In this document: positions 57,312-64,000 of the stretch, piece after piece
How the letters are laid out: each line of letters starts with the position of its first letter
Position numbering within the stretch: position 1 is the first letter of the stretch
Assembly (NCBI GenBank): GCA_977030845.1
Contig: OZ365110.1
Coordinates: forward strand, 54,188,001-54,252,000
DNA: 64,000 bases
Reading direction: 5' to 3'
DNA from: Fimbriosthenelais zetlandica
Lineage: Eukaryota
Program-made: the position numbers and the translations under genes
Notes under the pieces: model-generated
Told to the model about the DNA's origin: nothing
Database searches by the model: none
What the model saw: only the letters and a program-made list of their open reading frames with translations

Positions 57312-57870
57312 GGGGTGAGAGAGAGATGGGGGGGGGGGGGGGTGAGAGAGAAGTAGGTCGAGAACATAGTTAGATGGTCGCTTTAGTGAGATGGTCGCCA
57401 AGCACATGCACTTAGAAATATCCATACGTAAAACTTGAATCATCAAGAGTGTGAGCTGGCTTCACCAATAATATGGCTCTATAATAATTCTAAGTATAAG
57501 AAGAAAAGAAGGTAATGGTCGGTTGTCGAGTTGGTCGCTTTAGTGAGGTGGCCACTAAGTGGGGCTACACTGTATTTGTCTCGACCATAAAACACTGAGA
57601 TAATGAATAGCGCGTGTAGTTGATGATGATCAGAGTAATTACGACCATTACAGATCAAACCAGATTATACAAATACGCCCATTCTCTCCCTCACTGTCTC
57701 TCGTCTGTCGCCGGAAGTAGAGGACGCACGGCTTCCTGTCGCTGATGACATTAATGTTGGGGTTGCACTAATCCGAAATTTGATGCGATAACCGTAATAA
57801 AGGACCCCCTAACACTAACAGCTAGGGTCCGTGCTAGCGAACACATCCATGCATGATAAGGCAACCTCAG

Positions 57871-57953
57871 GCCTGTTTCATAAGGAATATTTGCCACAGA
57901 CTTAGCATTGCTAAATAATACTCATATAATTTTATTTATTTTTAAACAGGCCC
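57871..57953. mobile_element. Mini-MITE family B copy
   Basis: cag|gcctgtttcataaggaatattt ... aaacaggccc|ctg. Confidence 0.65.
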
Positions 57954-58040
57954 CTGACGTGTATTTCAAAAGATTGCTACGCTTTATCAGTTCATATTAT
58001 TGATCAATGCAGCATAACTTTCTTTTGGAATGGACCTCAG

Positions 58041-58105
58041 GAGCCTGTTTCAAAAGGAATATTTGCAATAGAATTTTCATTGTATTGCTAATATTCCTTT
58101 TTAAG
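58041..58105. mobile_element. Mini-MITE family B copy
   Basis: cag|gagcctgtttcaaaaggaatatttgc ... gctaatattcctttt. Confidence 0.7.
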
Positions 58106-58939
58106 CGATCGTAAATAAGAATGGGCGGTTGATATTTGCCTCTAGATTGGTTCCATAAAAGTAGTATTACATACAGGGTGTGATTAGGTCCATAGGTTAG
58201 CGCGGTGATATCTGTCAGGGAGAGTATGATTATGACAGGACTACTTTTCTCCAGCGCGCATGAATACATGTCAATATCCTGCACCATATCATTACGCGGG
58301 ACCTATAATTCACTGCGGGGAACTGTTGCCATGACAAATTGCGCACCAGCGTCATACGGTGAAAGTGGTGGACACCTTCTGGTAAGGAAGCGTCTCTGTT
58401 TGCAGCAAAGGATCGCGGCAACAAAAGATGGTGATTAAATGGAGTAATTAGTGGGTGACACCGCTACCCGACCCCCGCTGTCGCGCACCAATTGTGAGGC
58501 GGTGTGTGGGTTCATCCACCCGTCCTCACGTGGTAAAATAGTCCCGGGCTGGGGCACTTACCGACCAGCTGGGTGTCAATTCTGATGTTGCGTGTGCATA
58601 GTCCCCAGTAGACAAGTTGCCCTCTAGATAGCTTTTCCGTCTTAGGATTGGTGCCACAAATAGGTAACTCCCCAATGAAATTTAAATTTTTCCGACGGAA
58701 CATGGGATTTTGGGCGGGCGATCTTTCCATTTTATTATCGCAAAAGAAATCGTCAGGGTCGGGGATTTTGGTGAGTCTGGTAAGGTCTGGTCACTCCCTG
58801 TTCCAGTTGCAAATCACTTAATTTAGGTTCAAATCACATTTTCCACATACCCCCATCCAAGCCGACAATTCTTCCAAATCCCTCATGTTAACCCGCCTTG
58901 GTGATGAGTGCCCCTTACGGCTATAATCATGCCAACACG

Positions 58940-59110
58940 TCCTCTGTTCATGACGTCGCCAATGACTCACGTCATTGATAATAGGCAGGCAGCGACGCCA
59001 ATCGGAAATGAGGAACCGCTGATTGATACGCCTCGCGATTTCTCGCTCGAGGCGCGAGACCTGCCGAGAGCGGATCACGTGACCGCCTTCAAAGCGAGGC
59101 TCTACAGGTG
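58940..59110 (+). promoter_or_regulatory. CpG-rich promoter-like module (CRE, AP-1, two CCAAT, ETS-like, E-box)
   Basis: tgacgtcg-ccaat-gactcacgtcat; cgccaatcggaaat; atcacgtgac. Confidence 0.45.
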
Positions 59111-59368
59111 ACCTTGAGAATGAGTGAGGATTACTTTTTCAGCTCATCCTTGATATCTCAATTCCGCGTTGTAACAGTAATGGGTTTCCGCAATAAAGAA
59201 TCGTGTACCAAGCATTAAATTATTGTGTGGCACTATTTTTTTTATCAATTTATAGATCTACACATTACAATAGGCCTATAATAATATAGATCCCACTTCA
59301 AATAGCGCGGGATGTTACTCTATATAATACTATTCATATTTTACACTTGATTTTCCTTTGGATAATAG

Positions 59369-59433
59369 GGGCCTATTTCAAAAGGAATATTAGCAATGCT
59401 AAGTCTATGGCTTATTTGCTTTGAAACAGACTC
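59369..59433. mobile_element. Mini-MITE family B copy
   Basis: tag|gggcctatttcaaaaggaatattagcaatgctaagtctatgg ... ttgaaacagactc|cta. Confidence 0.75.
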
Positions 59434-61996
59434 CTAAATGTACAAATGCATTTCATTTTTACTTCCCTATATAATTGGCCTATTGTTTAGGCCTATGGTT
59501 TTGCATATCACTAGGCCTTCTCACACATGTCTGTGCCTGGTGGGATGGGCCTAAATGAAAATCATTACTCCAAAATAATAGGCTGCATCATTTTTGTCAT
59601 TTAAAGGCCGTGTAAATTGTGGGATATGTGATAGCTCAGATCGCGGCAGGACCTCTGATGGCCGTTCAGTTAACGCTACCATTACGCGCGTTATATTTCG
59701 TTGCGGCGGGTTACATTTTTAAGTGGACGCGCGCTTCCTGCGTATCCATCCGCCGGCGGACAATAGACCTGAGACTTGACAGAGATATGTATGCCTTACA
59801 TGCCGCATCATCCCGCGCATGGTCTTTAATTGATACCCGCTACTTTAAGCTCGACCTTGTAAAGTTACACCATTCTTTTGTTTGCTCACGATGTAACCTA
59901 CACCTTCATATTATAATGAATGCTGCCATGCCCATTCAATATGGAAACTTTTCTCTTTAACGGGTTGGATTTTATCCGATTATATAGGTCCACTTCAAAG
60001 AAGATACTCGTTTTTATACGATAGAGATCGTTGTCACTTTTGGGGTCAAATTTCAATTGTTAGAGTTGTGGAAAATGAATAGTACTGTCATTTTCTTCAG
60101 TTTGATACCAATCAGCGCTAATTTCAAAAGATATATACGCGGGGCTTGTTTCATAATAAAACGTACTAGATTCGCTATCATTGGATGCCTTGCGCAAACT
60201 TATGAACCTAGTTTGGGCCGCAAAAAGAACGCCAGTTTTTCGCAGCTATTGTAAAATATTCGCTTTACCATAGAGATGCTATATCTTATATCATATCTTA
60301 TGGAATGGAAATTTTGCTAACATTTTGCGCAACTTTATGGCAGTTCACCAGAGCCATGTATTAAAGTATTCATAATAAATTTGAAACTTTCTCCAACTGC
60401 AATCAACAAAGGCCTTCGATCATTGACGTCATCCCCCAAAATAGATCCGTAATTTCCTTTCGTAAAAGTTACCACTATAATAAATCGCTCTTAATCTAAT
60501 TCTCCATATCTCCCACACATATGATATTTTAGATAATAACGGGATTTTCATTCTAAAAACATCCCTGACCTGTTAAATTTTAATCTGTGCACTTGTAAAT
60601 GCTGGAAGTGATGGGGTATTTTATTTCCGCTGTCTGTCTTTGTTAGGACCTGCCATTATAGAGGTGATTCCATGTCATCCTGGTCGGATGTAAGGGCGGT
60701 GTATAAAGCCTTATCCTCGGCTGTAGGCAAGGCGAGCCTAACATTACTTAATTAGTAATCAAGCCACGGGCCACGTGCAAATCTCAACTAATCAGTGCCA
60801 ACACTCACAGGCTGGAAATCTACGCTGATTGGACGGGTGGTGGGCAGGATGAGGTGGGGAGATAGATGGGGTGGTGGGGGTGTCTCCCCATGGTCCCATC
60901 CCCACCCATGCACTCAGTAACAAAGCGGATATGCCTACACCTCCAAAATTTAGTTAAAAAACCTAAATTACAGTGAAACTTCACTTCTAGTCATTTGAAT
61001 CGGAGGTACCCAATGTACATGATTGTATTACACGTGTTTGTTTCTCAAGAAAAACTAAATGTCCCTTTCAGGAAAATGGCACTGCTCTAAAATTATGCAA
61101 CTTGAACTGAAATAAATGTAAAAAAAAAACTGAAATAAAAGAGACAAAAGCTTGAGAAGGGCTGATGGACTGGGAAGGCAATGTATAGATGAGCACGTAG
61201 ATAAAGAGCCCCCAGCTGAAAATCATACGTAAAACTTGAATCATCAAGAGTGTGAGCTGGCTTCACCAATAATATGGCTATATAAAAATTCTAACTAAAA
61301 AAACCAACATAGGTACCCACTTTGTTTTCGTGTGCCCCATGCAGTGCCGGTTGACAATACGACATCATAAAGACCCCCTGAGGATGTATGGGGAATTGGA
61401 AAGGTTTTATAACGGGGGGGGGGGGGGTAGAAAGAAGACCCGCAATGGCACGGCAACCAGTAAGAGGCTTTTCAATCAAATAATTATCCAAATCAAGTAG
61501 TTGGGGGATGGCGCGATGACTCGGTCCCATCCACTCAAGCACTCGTTGACTTTTTACAAGATGAAGTAAAGAAGGGGGGCGGGGGGCGGGGGCCGGGGGG
61601 GGGGGGGCGTCCTTTCATCAAAAGCAATGCTTTTAAAAAGCTGACGTGCCATCCTCTTTGATTGGAACCAATATGAATTCTCACGTGAAACCAAGCCTTA
61701 GCAATATATTAAGCATTTTTCAAATTGGCCACTTTTGATTCCTCATGAAATTGACTTTATATTATTTTGTTTCTCCATAAAATTTGAAAGGAAAACGGTT
61801 CACTTGGATGACAATTCATTCATAAAGAATCTGTCTCTGTGTTGGGTCAAAAAATCAGGCCTCCCTGCCATGATTTTTAAGCATTTTGTCAATTTGATGA
61901 TATACTTTCGAACTGGATATCATACTATAATCTTATAGGAAAGTATTTATAGGCCTACTAGTCTAAAATTTAATATTATTCATTTATTTTTTTCAG

Positions 61997-62124
61997 ACTG
62001 AAGCATCGTCCATGAAACGAAACTGTTGAATAGTGGGACCCACTTGTTGTGACTCCTCTCCCATCGTCTCCCTCTCCCGCCTCCCTTTCTCTCCCCTCTT
62101 CATCCTTTCCGACTGGCAGCTTCG
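61997..62124 (+). ncRNA. Candidate noncoding (5'UTR or lncRNA) exon, 128 nt
   Basis: atttatttttttcag| acceptor and TCG|GTAAGT donor; stops in all three frames. Confidence 0.35.
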
Positions 62125-64000
62125 GTAAGTGGCTTTTGTATCGACCCGTTAGCTTTAAGTCTTGATGAAAACATTTTCATTTTGATGAGTACACCCTCGC
62201 CTGGCTGCAGCGACTACACTGCCTTTGTCACCACCAAGCAACCCCAGAGCGCGCGCCCGTCCGTCGCCATAGAAACGATAGTGATCAGAAGCTAGTAGAT
62301 GGGGCGACTGAGGGGGGGGGGGGGGGGGGGGCGATAATGGGTGAAGGTGCTGAAATGAACATGTGAAAAGCACACCCTTGTGATTCGAGGGGATTAGGCT
62401 TAGAGAACGCAGCGCCGCCCAGAGGAAATATTTAATGTTAATGCAAACCAATTTCTATGTGTTCGTTTAGGCGGAAAATAAGCAGCTGTTTAGAGATGAC
62501 ATGTGGGATGAAGACAGGATAAACAATGTGTTAATTTGACGAACCAGCGCTCAGCTGAACACTAAAAATCAAATGTTGAATTTAAAGATCAGACACCGTT
62601 TTGTAACAATATTTTTGGGTGGTTTGAAAATTCGGCGACATCTCCGCAGACAGAGACCGATTCCTAACCAAGACAAGAGACTTATTGTATCTTAATAAAA
62701 CAATAATATTATATAATTCTTAAAGGTGGAATAGTCACCGAGTAACAATGAAAATGACCACAGTTATAACGGTAAGATTTAGATTACCCCCATTGTAAAC
62801 CAATTCTCTCGCAATCCATTGAGACGCAACTGTTTTCAACCGTTTTCAAATGATTTTCAAAAATCACTGTAGAGTAACTAGTGACCCTTATTGTCTTAAC
62901 GCGACCCTTACATAGGACGCGGGGAAGTAACCACGACCTCGCGCTAAACTCAAGTTAAAATCCTACTTTCATTTAATTGGAAAGGTGTAATATTTCCTGC
63001 ATATGAATGTCTTTCTCGATTGCCGCTGAAATGACTTGGGACTTTTGTAATAATTGTTGAATGTATTCTTTAAGAGAGGGAATTGAAAAGCTTGAGTGAT
63101 GTATTCCCGCTCGCTTTAGGTCCTATCTATTCCATTCCACCGCCAAAGTTTACATTTACAAATACAAAGTACATTATCGTCAAAAGTTACTCCAGCACGT
63201 TCAGAATATTATTTATTTTTATCCTTTTTTTTTGGGGGGGGGGGGGGGTGGGGTTGGGGCGGGGGGGGGGGGTGGTGTGATGTTTTGTCTTAGTGATTAC
63301 CAGCGCTAGTGTGCTAATTACGTTTATATAAAACAAAATGTCCACAAACTTTCATGGAGTCTTCAGTGTTTTACCAAATCAAATCAGAACAAACTATTTA
63401 TGAGATATCTTGTGTCCGTTTCAAAACGATTATGCAATGTTTGAAATGTCTATATGTATAGTGAATATTTGTGCAGAAATGGACCTCAGATCTGTATATA
63501 AACTAATACCCTTTCACTGTTTTTTGCACGTTACTTTTTAAATATTGTATCGTTTTATTGATGTTAAAATCACTTCTCAAAATCATCATCTTTCCCGAAA
63601 TGTACACATAATTATTGGTCATACATGTACTGTATAGGCAGAAGGCAGAGCAATGAGGTCTTGATGGCTTGAGAAAGAAAAAGACACCCTTGCCAACTTT
63701 AATAGATCATTATAGCTTAGAGAACAGCTCTCTGTGCGTTTTTCTCCTCTTCCTATTGGTTTGTGTAGATCTGCAATTGCTCATCGCTTCATTCCCAATT
63801 CAAAGGCTGTGGCAGTCGCTCCTCCGGATAGAAAAGATCAAGCGGAAAGCGGGAATCTTGAGCGCCCGACGCTTTCTGTTTTAAATTAAAATCTAGAACA
63901 TAGGGCTTAGAAGGATTAAGTCCTTTTTTAAGTTGGCAGTTCTGTCTCGCTTCCCGCTAGCTCATTTAAGACATAAGTGATTCGATAGTGAAGGCGAGAT

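Overview
Eukaryotic (bilaterian invertebrate-like; species not identifiable from the sequence alone) genomic window. Its only well-supported protein-coding gene is a two-exon Hmx/NK5 (H6) homeobox gene on the minus strand: 12604-11926 joined to 7931-6913, about 565 aa, with eh1, the AWYPW motif, the homeodomain and the Hmx C-terminal motifs. About 51 kb upstream has no recognisable CDS. It is a mosaic of CpG-rich enhancer/promoter-like islands, GA/CT and G/C simple repeats, three dispersed minisatellite families (42/54, 44 and 74 bp) and several MITE families. Best candidate for new biology: the Hmx stop is a leaky-context UGA-C, followed by a predicted long stem-loop and 142 open in-frame codons ending at TAA, which suggests programmed stop-codon readthrough to an Hmx of about 708 aa. 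Other leads: a 30-nt antisense exon with near-consensus splice sites inside the Hmx intron, orientation-polarised CTCF motifs, an inverted-triplication satellite, about 65-85 bp hairpin mini-MITEs with CWG target flanks, and a candidate plus-strand promoter and noncoding exon at 59-62 kb. All coordinates, counts and chance estimates were made by eye, and repeat boundaries are approximate.
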